A stretch of DNA of 32,000 nt, from NCBI RefSeq assembly GCF_051307035.1, contig NZ_CP195536.1, positions 2,490,001 through 2,522,000 of the forward strand, in the 5' to 3' direction. The DNA is from Psychrobacter sp. DM4. GTDB lineage: Bacteria > Pseudomonadota > Gammaproteobacteria > Pseudomonadales > Moraxellaceae. Positions within the stretch are counted from its first letter, which is position 1. Every line of letters starts with the position of its first letter. The notes beneath the pieces were generated by a model. That model had not been told where the DNA came from. It did not search any database and worked only from the letters and a program-made list of their open reading frames with translations. Below are positions 7,684-16,644 of the stretch, one piece after another. The translations under genes were made by a program, and so were the position numbers.

Positions 7684-8631
7684 ATGCTCGATCATGACAC
7701 CCAACCAGTTTTGCATCAATCAGACGATACCATTATCTCTGATGCTAAGAGCAACTCTACTTTTGATACTTACCTACTGACTATAATGACCGAGCGCAAT
7801 CATGCCTTGGCAGCGACGGTGTATCGTCCCAAATCTGCTGTCAGTACAGCAATAATGATGGCTCCTGCAACAGGTATCAGGCGTCAGTTTTATCATAGCT
7901 TTGCCAGCTTTTTGGCGGAAAACGGCTTTGGGGTCATCACCTTTGATAATGAAGGGATTGGTGAATCACTATCAGGCAATTTAGCGAAATGTGATGCCTC
8001 ACTAGTGAGTTGGGGCCGCCACGACATGCCAGCGGTGCTTGATGCCCTGCAAGACGAGTTCCCAGACGCTTCATATCATCTGATTGGCCATAGTGCGGGT
8101 GGGCAACTCATTGGTCTAATGCCCAATTATCAGATGCTAAACTCAGTATTCAATGTGGCCTGCTCATCAGGACAAATTAAAAATATGGACATGCCCTATA
8201 AGCTCAAAGCCATAGGTTTTATGGGTGCTTTTATTCCGCTAAGTAATCTAGTTTTGGGCTATACGCCATCGGACAAGATTGGTATGGGTCAGCCGCTACC
8301 ACGCGGCGTAGCGCGTCAATGGCGTGAATGGTGCAATGGTGCGGGCTACATCAAAACCGCTTTAGACAAAACCATTCATAATCATTTTTATGATGCGCTT
8401 ACGATGCCCTCATTATGGCTCGGTTTTAGCGATGATGAGATTGCCAATAATGAGAACATAGATGACATGATTCGTGTATTTCCAAAGATGCCCGTAGAGA
8501 AGCATTATCTAGATCCCAAAGATTTAGGCGTCAGTCATATCGGGCACATGCGCTATTTTAGTAGTAAGACTCATGCCAAAGCCCCACAATTATGGCAAAT
8601 GGCAGTAGATTGGTTAAATAAGGGTAAATAG
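7684..8631 (+). CDS. Alpha/beta-fold hydrolase (COG4757-like)
   Basis: Nucleophile elbow GHSAGG (GxSxG). The length and layout fit a single-domain alpha/beta hydrolase. Confidence 0.75.
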   Translation: MLDHDTQPVLHQSDDTIISDAKSNSTFDTYLLTIMTERNHALAATVYRPKSAVSTAIMMAPATGIRRQFYHSFASFLAENGFGVITFDNEGIGESLSGNLAKCDASLVSWGRHDMPAVLDALQDEFPDASYHLIGHSAGGQLIGLMPNYQMLNSVFNVACSSGQIKNMDMPYKLKAIGFMGAFIPLSNLVLGYTPSDKIGMGQPLPRGVARQWREWCNGAGYIKTALDKTIHNHFYDALTMPSLWLGFSDDEIANNENIDDMIRVFPKMPVEKHYLDPKDLGVSHIGHMRYFSSKTHAKAPQLWQMAVDWLNKGK

Positions 8632-8711
8632 GTTTATTATCTATTGCTCTTGGAATAATACTTTTAGTCGATAGAGATATTTTTTATTCTATAGTCAGTT
8701 CGGAATAAAAT

Positions 8712-8805
8712 AGTGCCACTCATTGTTACGTGTTGCTGATATAAATTTTTCTTGCTTGCTGTGCCTTCGCAGACAGAGGCTGCAAAAAATTCATTCCAGC
8801 AACAC
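8712..8805 (+). repeat. Structured repeat family 1, copy A
   Basis: Shares the blocks agtgcca, tataaatttt, cttgcttg, gaggct and attcattccag with copy B at 12234-12329. Terminal 9-bp inverted repeat gtgttgctg (8730-8738) / cagcaacac (8797-8805). Confidence 0.65.
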
Positions 8806-8829
8806 AGTATCACTTTTAAACTGACTCTA

Positions 8830-9531
8830 TTATATTTTGTCTTCTGTTTTTTCGGCTTCTACGCGCTTGGTCAAGGCTGAATATAACGACGGCTGCATAT
8901 TGTGAATATTGCCTAGCATCCATTTGATATAGCTCATAGGGACGTCTTTTATGAGTTTGCCTTTATGCTTACCAAAAGGCATTTTTGCGACAGGGCTTGC
9001 GGTATTAGAGATCGTATGCGCGGCTCTAAAGTCAGTTGGCGCAATACCTAAACGTTCACAGCAGGCCTTATAGAGTAGATAGCACATACGGGCATCCCCT
9101 AGCGCATCATGCGCGGCAACCGTCATCGTGCTTGCCGCCTCGACGCCGATTAGCTGCTCGATACATTTAGATTGACCATAGTAGCGCCATTCAGGAAATG
9201 CGGCGCGGGCGAGCCTAACGGTACAAATGAGCTTGGCTGACGGCCTCCCTATTACTCGCCAGTCAAAACGCACGTTATGACCGATCAAGTACTCTGGCAA
9301 CTCAAATTGCTCCAAATCGAAGCGCTCGCACTCGGCAACATCCTCATCAGTAATACCATGTACCTTGATGACGATAGGCGAGATAGTGCGACCGCTATTA
9401 AAGTATTTCATCCACTCAAAGCCGGTGTCCACATTGATAGTCGCCACTTGTATAGGGCGCGGATCACTACCTTGATCGGTTTCGGTATCGATAATAAGCG
9501 CAGTATTAGTTTCAGTCATAATAGAGGTCAA
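8830..9531 (-). CDS. DEDDh 3'-5' exonuclease (ExoX-like) with a C-terminal DUF3820-like tail
   Basis: Exo I ALIIDTETD, Exo II GHNVRFDW, Exo III AHDALGDARM (H-x4-D). The C-terminal MPFGKHKGKLIKDVPMSYIKWML resembles the exodeoxyribonuclease X C-terminal / DUF3820 motif. Confidence 0.8.
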   Translation of the reverse strand: MTSIMTETNTALIIDTETDQGSDPRPIQVATINVDTGFEWMKYFNSGRTISPIVIKVHGITDEDVAECERFDLEQFELPEYLIGHNVRFDWRVIGRPSAKLICTVRLARAAFPEWRYYGQSKCIEQLIGVEAASTMTVAAHDALGDARMCYLLYKACCERLGIAPTDFRAAHTISNTASPVAKMPFGKHKGKLIKDVPMSYIKWMLGNIHNMQPSLYSALTKRVEAEKTEDKI

Positions 9532-9654
9532 TCATCAAGAGTTATTGTGGTTCAATTTTGGTCATTGTTACTCGTCAAAGAGCCTTAAACCCTTCATAAT
9601 ACAGCTAAAAATTGCAAGAACCGTATTATACCACTCATCCGCTCACAAGAGACA

Positions 9655-10275
9655 ATGATGCCATCCGTTCAGCCGCCTCTGCCTAAACTCTCGCCGCCCT
9701 CTAAACCCCCACAGCCAAATTTTTTGACTCGCATCTTTAGTATAGCGATGAGAGCCATGGTTCTATTTGCTCTGCTGTTTATCGTGGATAAAGTAATACC
9801 GACGCTCAAATGGCAGACGCAAGACTTTGTCGTTGCCAAGTGGAAGCAGGTCACTCTATTGCAATTAGAATTACCCGTAGAGAATAGTTTACCAAGTCCA
9901 CTACCAGGGCAGCGTTTAGCCGATACTTGGGGCGCGGCGCGTAGTCAAGGGCGCAGCCATGAAGGTATCGATATTTTCGCAGAGCGTGGCACACCGATTC
10001 AAACGACTACGCAAGGGGTGATTAGTAAGGTTGGCGAAAACACTTTGGGCGGCCGCGTCGTCGTTGTCGTCGGTCCTAGCGGCGCAGGGCATTATTATGC
10101 GCACATGGAAGATTACGCAGATATTGAGGTCAATGACTGGGTCGAGGCAGGCGATATTATTGGTTATGTGGGTGATAGTGGTAATGCCAAAGGTACGCCG
10201 CCTCACGTTCATTACGGCATATATATCAAGGGTAGCGCGGTGAATCCTTATCCTTTGCTAATAAAACCTGAGTGA
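9655..10275 (+). CDS. M23-family metallopeptidase, membrane-anchored
   Basis: HEGIDIF (HxxxD) and PPHVHYGIY (HxH) zinc motifs. The N-terminus has a proline-rich segment followed by a hydrophobic helix ([13 protein letters not shown]). Confidence 0.85.
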   Translation: MMPSVQPPLPKLSPPSKPPQPNFLTRIFSIAMRAMVLFALLFIVDKVIPTLKWQTQDFVVAKWKQVTLLQLELPVENSLPSPLPGQRLADTWGAARSQGRSHEGIDIFAERGTPIQTTTQGVISKVGENTLGGRVVVVVGPSGAGHYYAHMEDYADIEVNDWVEAGDIIGYVGDSGNAKGTPPHVHYGIYIKGSAVNPYPLLIKPE

Positions 10276-10337
10276 TGAAAACCTGTGCGTACGCCTTTAT
10301 TGACCTGATAGAACCTGTAGACTTAAAGGGCTGCATC

Positions 10338-11435
10338 TTAAGGTAGCGCACGCACGTAGCTGGCGTCAAAAGTGGCAGTAAACGTTGAGCCGACGTCTAA
10401 TTCCGACTCAATCTGCAAACTGGTATTATATTGATGCAATACGTGTTTAACGATAGCTAGCCCTAACCCTGTCCCACCTGTAGCACGGCTGCGACCACTA
10501 TCGACACGATAAAAGCGCTCCGTTAAGCGAGCGATATGCGGCGGCGCGATACCGAGGCCATTGTCTTTGACAGAGAACTCACACCCTTGAGCAGTTTTGA
10601 TCCAACTGATCTCAATATTACCGCCTTTTGGCGTATACTTAATCGCGTTGATCACAAGGTTTGAGAGCGCACTGTTTAAGTACATCTCTGAGCCGTATAA
10701 CCCATCATAAGTATCTATCTGCAAATGAATGGTATGTCCGTATTCTTGATTATAGGCCTGCGCATCATCATAGACATGGGTCAACATCTTGGTCATATCG
10801 ATGCGTGTGAGCTCATAGTTCTCTTCGATCTCAATTTTGGATAATAGTAGCAAATCATTCACGATTCTATTCATACGCGCGGTCTGCTGCGTCATGAGCT
10901 CAAGGCCACGTTGCCACTTTGGTGGTACATCATCCTGATCTGAGAAGTTCTCTAAGTAACCTATCAAGACGGTCAACGGCGTTCGTAGCTCGTGAGATAC
11001 ATTGGCTACAAAGTCACGGCGCATTTGCTCTAAGTGCTGTAGACGCGTTACATCATAGATCATAAGGAGCTTATCCTCATCAAAGGCTGTGATCTCACAT
11101 TTTAGATAACGCTTGGGGTCGCGCCATGAAGCCATATGCACACCTTCGTGATTGGCATCATTGTGTGCTGTGATATCTTGATAATACCGTCGAAACTCAG
11201 GCGCCTGAATACAGTCAAAAATACTTTTGCCTGTATCATTTGCTTGCAATGATAATAGCTCTGCCGCTACCAGATTCCACCACGTTAAGTTATCGTTACC
11301 GTCTATCAAAACCACAGCATCTTGTAGCGCTTGTAAAGCACGATTCATCTTTATGTTTACAGCTTTATTATTTGACGTATCGATGTACTCAGGCGCATTT
11401 GGTTCATGGTGGTCAGTCGGCATTGCTAAGGTCAT
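10338..11435 (-). CDS. phoR: Phosphate regulon sensor histidine kinase PhoR, short form without a membrane anchor
   Basis: PAS-like start (LQALQDAVVLIDGNDNLTWWN), H-box FVANVSHELRTPLT, N/G boxes (NAIKYTP, DNGLGI, GGTGLGLAIV). It lies directly downstream of phoB. An in-frame stop at 11451-11453 caps the ORF at 365 aa. Confidence 0.85.
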   Translation of the reverse strand: MTLAMPTDHHEPNAPEYIDTSNNKAVNIKMNRALQALQDAVVLIDGNDNLTWWNLVAAELLSLQANDTGKSIFDCIQAPEFRRYYQDITAHNDANHEGVHMASWRDPKRYLKCEITAFDEDKLLMIYDVTRLQHLEQMRRDFVANVSHELRTPLTVLIGYLENFSDQDDVPPKWQRGLELMTQQTARMNRIVNDLLLLSKIEIEENYELTRIDMTKMLTHVYDDAQAYNQEYGHTIHLQIDTYDGLYGSEMYLNSALSNLVINAIKYTPKGGNIEISWIKTAQGCEFSVKDNGLGIAPPHIARLTERFYRVDSGRSRATGGTGLGLAIVKHVLHQYNTSLQIESELDVGSTFTATFDASYVRALP

Positions 11436-11476
11436 CCTTTTTTTCGTAGCTAGGCTGTGTTTACCTTTTACAGTTA

Positions 11477-12181
11477 CTACTTTGTTTCAATCAAGCTAGA
11501 TAACCGATAACCCGTACCACGAACCGTTTGAATCAACGTATCACAACCATAAGGTCTCAATAATTGACGTAAACGCCTGATATGGACGTCGATCGTTCGA
11601 TCTTCGATATACACATTACCGCCCCATACTTGATCGAGTAGCTGCGTGCGCGTGTAAGCGCGCTCGGGATGACTCATGAAGAATGCCAGCAAACGATATT
11701 CTGTTGGACCGATATCGATGAGCTGTCCATCAGCGCTCACCCGCTGGCTTTTGTTATCTAAGCTAAGAGCGCCTATGGTTATCGGCATCTCGCTACTGAG
11801 CGCACTACTACGGCGCAGCACTGCTTTGATTCTTGAAATCAGCTCACGCGTAGAAAAAGGCTTGGTCATATAATCGTCGGCACCTGCATCGAGACCATGA
11901 ACCTTGTTATCCTCATCCCCCTTTGCCGTGAGCATAATGACCGGTATCTCGCGCAGTAACTCATCACCCTTTAGCATACGGCAAAAATCAATACCGCTTT
12001 TGTCGCCAGGCAGCATCCAATCAAGCAAAATCAGCGCGGGTCTATGATCAACGACTTGCTGATGCGCCTCGAGCACGTCGGCGGCTTGCAAACTCTCAAA
12101 TCCTGCGCTCTCAAGGGTCATTACTACCATCTCGCGGATCGCAAGCTCATCTTCAACGATCAAAATCTGCTCACTTTGCAT
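11477..12181 (-). CDS. phoB: Phosphate regulon response regulator PhoB
   Basis: Collinear with E. coli PhoB as I recall it (ILIVEDE...LILLDWMLPG...TVDVHIRRLR...VRGTGYR). I prefer the ATG at 12181 (MQSEQILIVEDE) over the GTG at 12208 used in the ORF track. Confidence 0.9.
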   Translation of the reverse strand: MQSEQILIVEDELAIREMVVMTLESAGFESLQAADVLEAHQQVVDHRPALILLDWMLPGDKSGIDFCRMLKGDELLREIPVIMLTAKGDEDNKVHGLDAGADDYMTKPFSTRELISRIKAVLRRSSALSSEMPITIGALSLDNKSQRVSADGQLIDIGPTEYRLLAFFMSHPERAYTRTQLLDQVWGGNVYIEDRTIDVHIRRLRQLLRPYGCDTLIQTVRGTGYRLSSLIETK

Positions 12182-12233
12182 ATACAAGCCCCGTAGTGAA
12201 ATTTTCACATAATTGATTCAATTTAAAAAAACA

Positions 12234-12329
12234 CAGTGCCAAAAATACAGTGCTACTGGTATAAATTTTCTTTGCTTGTCATGCGACTGCGTCACTCTAG
12301 AGGCTACGCAACATTCATTCCAGTAGCTC
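12234..12329 (+). repeat. Structured repeat family 1, copy B
   Basis: Has the same conserved blocks as copy A. The terminal inverted repeat is gctactgg (12252-12259) / ccagtagc (12320-12327), a different sequence from copy A that is still self-complementary. Confidence 0.65.
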
Positions 12330-12471
12330 ATCAGATTTTTCGTATCTCCTCTATATTGGACTGACTATAGTTCAAAAGTAAAATTGATTCTCGCGTACTA
12401 CTGATCAAACATACCAATTATTTAAACATACCAATTATGACCGTTTGATGACATCTAGTTCTAGCGCAACT

Positions 12472-12912
12472 TTATACCACTTCTAATAAAAAATTAAGTG
12501 GACCATCATTGATACTCGCAACTTGCATATCAGCGCCAAACTGTCCTGTTGCCACGTCTAGATATCGAGACTGAGCATAAGACACCATCTCGGCAAATAA
12601 TATTTGGGCTTTATCAGGGGTCATCGCCGCGCCAAAGTCAGGACGACGACCTTTATTGGTCTTTGCCATAAGGGTAAATTGCGACACTAACAATAAGCCG
12701 CCATTCACTTGCTGTACGTTTTGATCGAGCTGATGGCTTTCGTTTTCAAAGATTCGATAGGTTAGTATCTTATCAATCAAACGCCTACCATGCTCTATTG
12801 TGTCTTCGTGTCCGAGACCAATATAGGCCAATACGCCCTGTTCAATTGCCCCAATAGTCTCGCCATCGACCGCTACACTTGCGGTACTCACTCGTTGAAT
12901 TAATGCCCTCAT
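12472..12912 (-). CDS. dtd: D-aminoacyl-tRNA deacylase
   Basis: MRALIQRV...SQFTL... and a 146-aa length match Dtd. Confidence 0.9.
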   Translation of the reverse strand: MRALIQRVSTASVAVDGETIGAIEQGVLAYIGLGHEDTIEHGRRLIDKILTYRIFENESHQLDQNVQQVNGGLLLVSQFTLMAKTNKGRRPDFGAAMTPDKAQILFAEMVSYAQSRYLDVATGQFGADMQVASINDGPLNFLLEVV

Positions 12913-13090
12913 TCCAACTTCCTTTATTTTGAGGAATACTAGCTTGTACGTCTAAGTGATAGGACTCAATAAAACAGCTGTAAACTGATAACTTATGCTC
13001 ACACAGTATCTGCTTTATCGTGATAAAATGCTGCCATTCATGTGCTTGTACATACACAGCCCTTACATAAAATACTTTGGTAGCTTTATT

Positions 13091-13924
13091 ATGAATCTAT
13101 TCGCCACTATTCAACAGTTTGTGCCGCAGCAGCAACTCAGCGAGGTTGCTGGACGCTTAGCTGCAAGTCGTCATCCTATGGTCAAACGTGCTTTTATCCG
13201 CAGCTTTGCTAAAGCTTATCATGTCACACTTGATGAGTATGAGCGTGATAACTTTGATGCTTATGAGAGCTTTAATGACTTTTTTACCCGTGAGCTCAAA
13301 GATAGTGCGCGTGTCATTGACGCCACTAACAACGGTATAGTGAGTCCTGCTGATGGCGTGATATCGCAGCTCGGTGACATCCGCGATCATAAGCTGTTGC
13401 AAGCAAAAGGGCGCGAGTACGATATCGGTCAATTGCTTGCCAATAGTGCTGATGGTGAGTATTTCAGCGACGGCAGCTTTGCCACTGTATATCTTGCGCC
13501 AAGTAACTATCACCGAGTCCATATGCCTTTTGATGGTAAGCTGATAGCAACGCGCTATGTACCGGGCACGCTATTTTCAGTTAATAATACTACCGCGGCT
13601 AACGTGCCTGATCTGTTTGCGCGTAATGAGCGCTTAGTATGTATGTTCGATACCGAGTACGGTAAAGCGGCCGTTGTAATGGTCGGGGCGATGATCGTCG
13701 CAGGTATCGAAACGGTTGCTACGGGTAAGATCATTCGCACTGATGATATTCAAGAAACCCAGCATGATATGAACTTAACAAAGGGTGACGAGCTTGGGCG
13801 TTTTTATTTGGGCTCCACCGCTATCGTCGTACTACCAAAAGGCGCAAAAGCGGCTTGGCAAGATACCATGAAACACGGCTCAACCGTACAGATGGGTCAA
13901 TTGCTAGGCCGGGTTAAGGCTTAA
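13091..13924 (+). CDS. psd: Phosphatidylserine decarboxylase proenzyme
   Basis: LGST self-cleavage motif (GRFYLGSTAIVV) and YLAPSNYHRVHMP. I prefer the ATG at 13091 (MNLFATIQQF). The longer track ORF starting at 12995 adds an implausible leader. Confidence 0.9.
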   Translation: MNLFATIQQFVPQQQLSEVAGRLAASRHPMVKRAFIRSFAKAYHVTLDEYERDNFDAYESFNDFFTRELKDSARVIDATNNGIVSPADGVISQLGDIRDHKLLQAKGREYDIGQLLANSADGEYFSDGSFATVYLAPSNYHRVHMPFDGKLIATRYVPGTLFSVNNTTAANVPDLFARNERLVCMFDTEYGKAAVVMVGAMIVAGIETVATGKIIRTDDIQETQHDMNLTKGDELGRFYLGSTAIVVLPKGAKAAWQDTMKHGSTVQMGQLLGRVKA

Positions 13925-14005
13925 CGAAAACGATACGTGTTTTACAGCGTTGCTCATTTAGAGAATCCTCTATACTGAGTGACTAAGTTTAGCCCATTAG
14001 AATTA

Positions 14006-14049
14006 AAGCGGTACTGTTGAGGTCACCTCCTCGCAGCACCGCTTTTTTT
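14006..14049 (+). terminator. Intrinsic terminator after psd
   Basis: gcggtactg (14009-14017) pairs with cagcaccgc (14034-14042) with one mismatch. There is an inner GAGG/CCTC pairing, then T7. Confidence 0.75.
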
Positions 14050-14198
14050 GACTTGTAAAAACTCCTTGTTCCTCAAAACTATTGACTACAAAAAAGCACC
14101 TATTCTATTACTCCCTCTAGTTTTCTTATCATCTCAAGCGGTCATCGTCCTCTCACTAAACCGCTTAAATTTTGGCTACCTTTACCTAAAAACTATCA

Positions 14199-14242
14199 AT
14201 GTCATTGAATTGTCATCAAATTGTCATATTTGCTTGGCATGA
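14199..14242 (+). promoter_or_regulatory. Phased Pho-box array (PhoB binding sites) of the pstS promoter
   Basis: ATGTCAT (14199), TTGTCAT (14210) and TTGTCAT (14221) repeat at exactly 11-bp spacing with A/T-rich 4-bp spacers. This matches the CTGTCAT-N4 Pho-box architecture. An extra CTGTCAT lies at 14292-14298. The array is about 105-145 bp upstream of pstS. Confidence 0.75.
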
Positions 14243-14345
14243 TGTCCTCATTGATTAACAGCACGTATCAACATTGAGCCTATTAATCACGCTGTCATAA
14301 CCTATAGAAGATAAACACTCATAAACCTATCCTTTAGGAGCCATC

Positions 14346-15458
14346 ATGCGTTATTCATTTTTAGTCATAGCTGTTGCTTGCGTACTGAGCTTAAGCGCTT
14401 GTAGTAACTCAACGAACGATACAGCTGCCACGCAGAGCGATAATACTAGTGCAGCTAGCGAAAAAGTATCTATGAGTATCACAGGAGCAGGGGCTTCGTT
14501 TCCGCAGCCTATCTATGCCAAATGGTCAGACGCTTATAACCAATCGACAGGTGGTCAAGTTAACTATCAATCGATTGGTTCCTCTGGTGGTATCAAGCAA
14601 ATTATTGCAAATACGGTCGATTTTGGGGCGTCCGACGCCCCTATGACACCAGAGGAGTTAGACGAGGCCGGTCTGATTCAGTTTCCAACCGTGATCGGCG
14701 GCGTTGTGCCTGTTGTCAATATTGAAGGCATAGCACCCGGTCAATTAAAGCTAGATGGCGACACCTTAGCCAATATCTATCTGGGCAAGATTAGCAACTG
14801 GAATGACCCAGCTATTAAAGCTATGAACCCAAGCCTGACCTTACCTGACGCTCCAATTACTACTGTTTTTCGCTCTGATGGTTCAGGGACAACTTTTAAC
14901 TTCACTGATTATCTAGCCAAGGTATCAAGCGCTTGGATGAATGATGTTGGCGTCGATAAAACCGTTAAGTGGCCGACGTCAGCGACGGGCGCAGGTGGTA
15001 AAGGCAACGAAGGCGTCGCCAGCTATGTAACCCGTATGAATAACTCAATCGGCTATGTTGAATATGCCTATGCCAAGCAAAACGGCATGTCACATGTCGC
15101 ACTCAAAAATGCAGCGGGTAACGTGGTACAGCCCTCTATCGACACTTTTGCGGCAGCCGGTGATATCGACTGGTCACAACAAGAAGGCTTTTATAAAGTC
15201 ATTACTAACTCTGAAACTGCGCAAGCATGGCCTATCGCCGCCGCGACTTTTATTTTAGTGCATAAGCAGCCAAAAGATGCACAGCAAGTTGCAGGTGTAC
15301 TAGCCTTCTTCGACTGGGCATATGGCCAAGGTGATGAGGATGCGGTAGCGCTTGATTATGTTCCTTTTTCTGATAGTGCTGTGAGCTTATTCAAGGCCAA
15401 ATGGAGCGAAGTTGTTGATAGCGAAGGTAAGCCTGTCTATACCGCAAGCGTTAAATAG
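14346..15458 (+). CDS. pstS: Phosphate ABC transporter substrate-binding lipoprotein PstS
   Basis: Lipobox LSLSAC and the PstS signature GAGASFPQPIYAKWSDAY. Confidence 0.92.
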   Translation: MRYSFLVIAVACVLSLSACSNSTNDTAATQSDNTSAASEKVSMSITGAGASFPQPIYAKWSDAYNQSTGGQVNYQSIGSSGGIKQIIANTVDFGASDAPMTPEELDEAGLIQFPTVIGGVVPVVNIEGIAPGQLKLDGDTLANIYLGKISNWNDPAIKAMNPSLTLPDAPITTVFRSDGSGTTFNFTDYLAKVSSAWMNDVGVDKTVKWPTSATGAGGKGNEGVASYVTRMNNSIGYVEYAYAKQNGMSHVALKNAAGNVVQPSIDTFAAAGDIDWSQQEGFYKVITNSETAQAWPIAAATFILVHKQPKDAQQVAGVLAFFDWAYGQGDEDAVALDYVPFSDSAVSLFKAKWSEVVDSEGKPVYTASVK

Positions 15459-15504
15459 CTCTCCCAGACGTTTCATACTTTTTATTGTTACCGTTATTAC
15501 CCAG

Positions 15505-15607
15505 TACCATTCGCAAAAGTTTAAGTAGTCAGTAAAACGAGTGTAAGTACTACGCAGTGTAGACTAAACGAGTTTGACATTGTTAAGCATACTTTTTGTG
15601 AATGGTA
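15505..15607 (+). other. Long-range stem-loop in the pstS-pstC intergenic region
   Basis: taccattcgcaaaagt (15505-15520) pairs with actttttgtgaatggta (15591-15607) with one bulge and one mismatch. The stem encloses about 70 nt. Confidence 0.5.
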
Positions 15608-15637
15608 TAAGTATTTTGATAGTGTACTGAGGCTTTT

Positions 15638-16588
15638 ATGGCAGACCTAAAATCTCAACTGGCAAAACAAAAACGCTACGATGCGGTTTTTGTCACTGCG
15701 ACTAAAGCCTTTGCCATACTGGTGCTGTTATCGCTTGGCGGTATCATGCTCTCCCTTATGGTAGGTGCATGGCCTAGTATCAGTGAGTTTGGATTGGGGT
15801 TTTATACCAGCAATAACTGGGATACGGTCGGTGATCAGTATGGAGCGCTTGCGCCCATTTATGGCACTATCGTTACCTCGTTTATCGCTATCTGTATTGC
15901 GGTACCTGTGAGTTTTGGCATTGCTATTTTTTTGACTGAACTATGCCCAACCTTTTTGAAGAAGCCGTTGGGTATTGCAATTGAGCTGCTCGCTGGTATT
16001 CCTTCTATCATTTATGGTATGTGGGGTTTGTTTGTTTTTGCACCCTTCTTTGGCGATCATATTCAGCCTTGGTTCATTGAAAATATCGGACCACTCCCTG
16101 TCATTGGTAAGCTGTTTGCAGGAGCACCGATGGGCCTTGGTATGTTTACCGCATCCTTAGTGCTCGCCATTATGATTATCCCCTTTATCGCCGCGACTAT
16201 GCGTGATGTGTTCTTGGTGGTGCCTGATTTACTAAAAGAATCGGCATACGGCATGGGCGCGACCACTTGGGAGGTGATGTTCAAAATCATCTTGCCTTAT
16301 ACCAAAACGGGTGTGGTCGGTGGGGTAATTTTGGGTTTGGGTCGCGCCTTAGGCGAGACGATGGCAGTGACCTTTTTGATCGGTAATGCCTTTAATATTA
16401 GCCCCAGTCTGTTTACCTCTGGGGTCACGATTACCTCAGCACTCGCCAATGAGTTCGCTGAAGCGTCGAGTGAATTGCACTTAGCATCCTTGCTACATTT
16501 AGGTCTTATTCTATTTGTTATTACCTTTATCGTGCTGTCGATATCGAAGCTCATGCTGATGCGTATTGATCAAAAAGCGGGCAATTAA
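15638..16588 (+). CDS. pstC: Phosphate ABC transporter permease PstC
   Basis: Multi-pass membrane protein with the permease EAA-type loop ([13 protein letters not shown]). Its position follows pstS. Confidence 0.9.
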   Translation: MADLKSQLAKQKRYDAVFVTATKAFAILVLLSLGGIMLSLMVGAWPSISEFGLGFYTSNNWDTVGDQYGALAPIYGTIVTSFIAICIAVPVSFGIAIFLTELCPTFLKKPLGIAIELLAGIPSIIYGMWGLFVFAPFFGDHIQPWFIENIGPLPVIGKLFAGAPMGLGMFTASLVLAIMIIPFIAATMRDVFLVVPDLLKESAYGMGATTWEVMFKIILPYTKTGVVGGVILGLGRALGETMAVTFLIGNAFNISPSLFTSGVTITSALANEFAEASSELHLASLLHLGLILFVITFIVLSISKLMLMRIDQKAGN

Positions 16589-16644
16589 ATACGGTTTATT
16601 CTAAACGAATAGACTATAAACCCGTTGATATTCAAGAACTAAGT

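Noticed and set aside
12274-12295. Pho-box-like cttgtcatgcgactgcgtcac inside repeat copy B
   Set aside because: It lies on the plus strand while phoB is on the minus strand. The second half-site (CTGCGTC) is poor, and the segment is part of the repeat's variable core.
12995-13090. N-terminal extensions in the ORF-track calls for psd (12995), phoB (12208), phoU (18596) and fadB (24479)
   Set aside because: The extensions use alternative starts or lack a Shine-Dalgarno. They add non-homologous leader residues ahead of N-termini that align with known orthologues, so I prefer the internal ATGs.
13157-13522. 121-aa minus-strand ORF inside psd. Also 9277-9588 inside the exonuclease gene and 9916-10212 inside the M23 gene.
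   Set aside because: These are antisense shadows of well-supported CDSs with no independent signals.
14048-14242. 64-aa ORF overlapping the pstS promoter
   Set aside because: It has a TTG start and runs straight through the terminator T-run and the Pho-box array, so the sequence is better explained as regulatory DNA.
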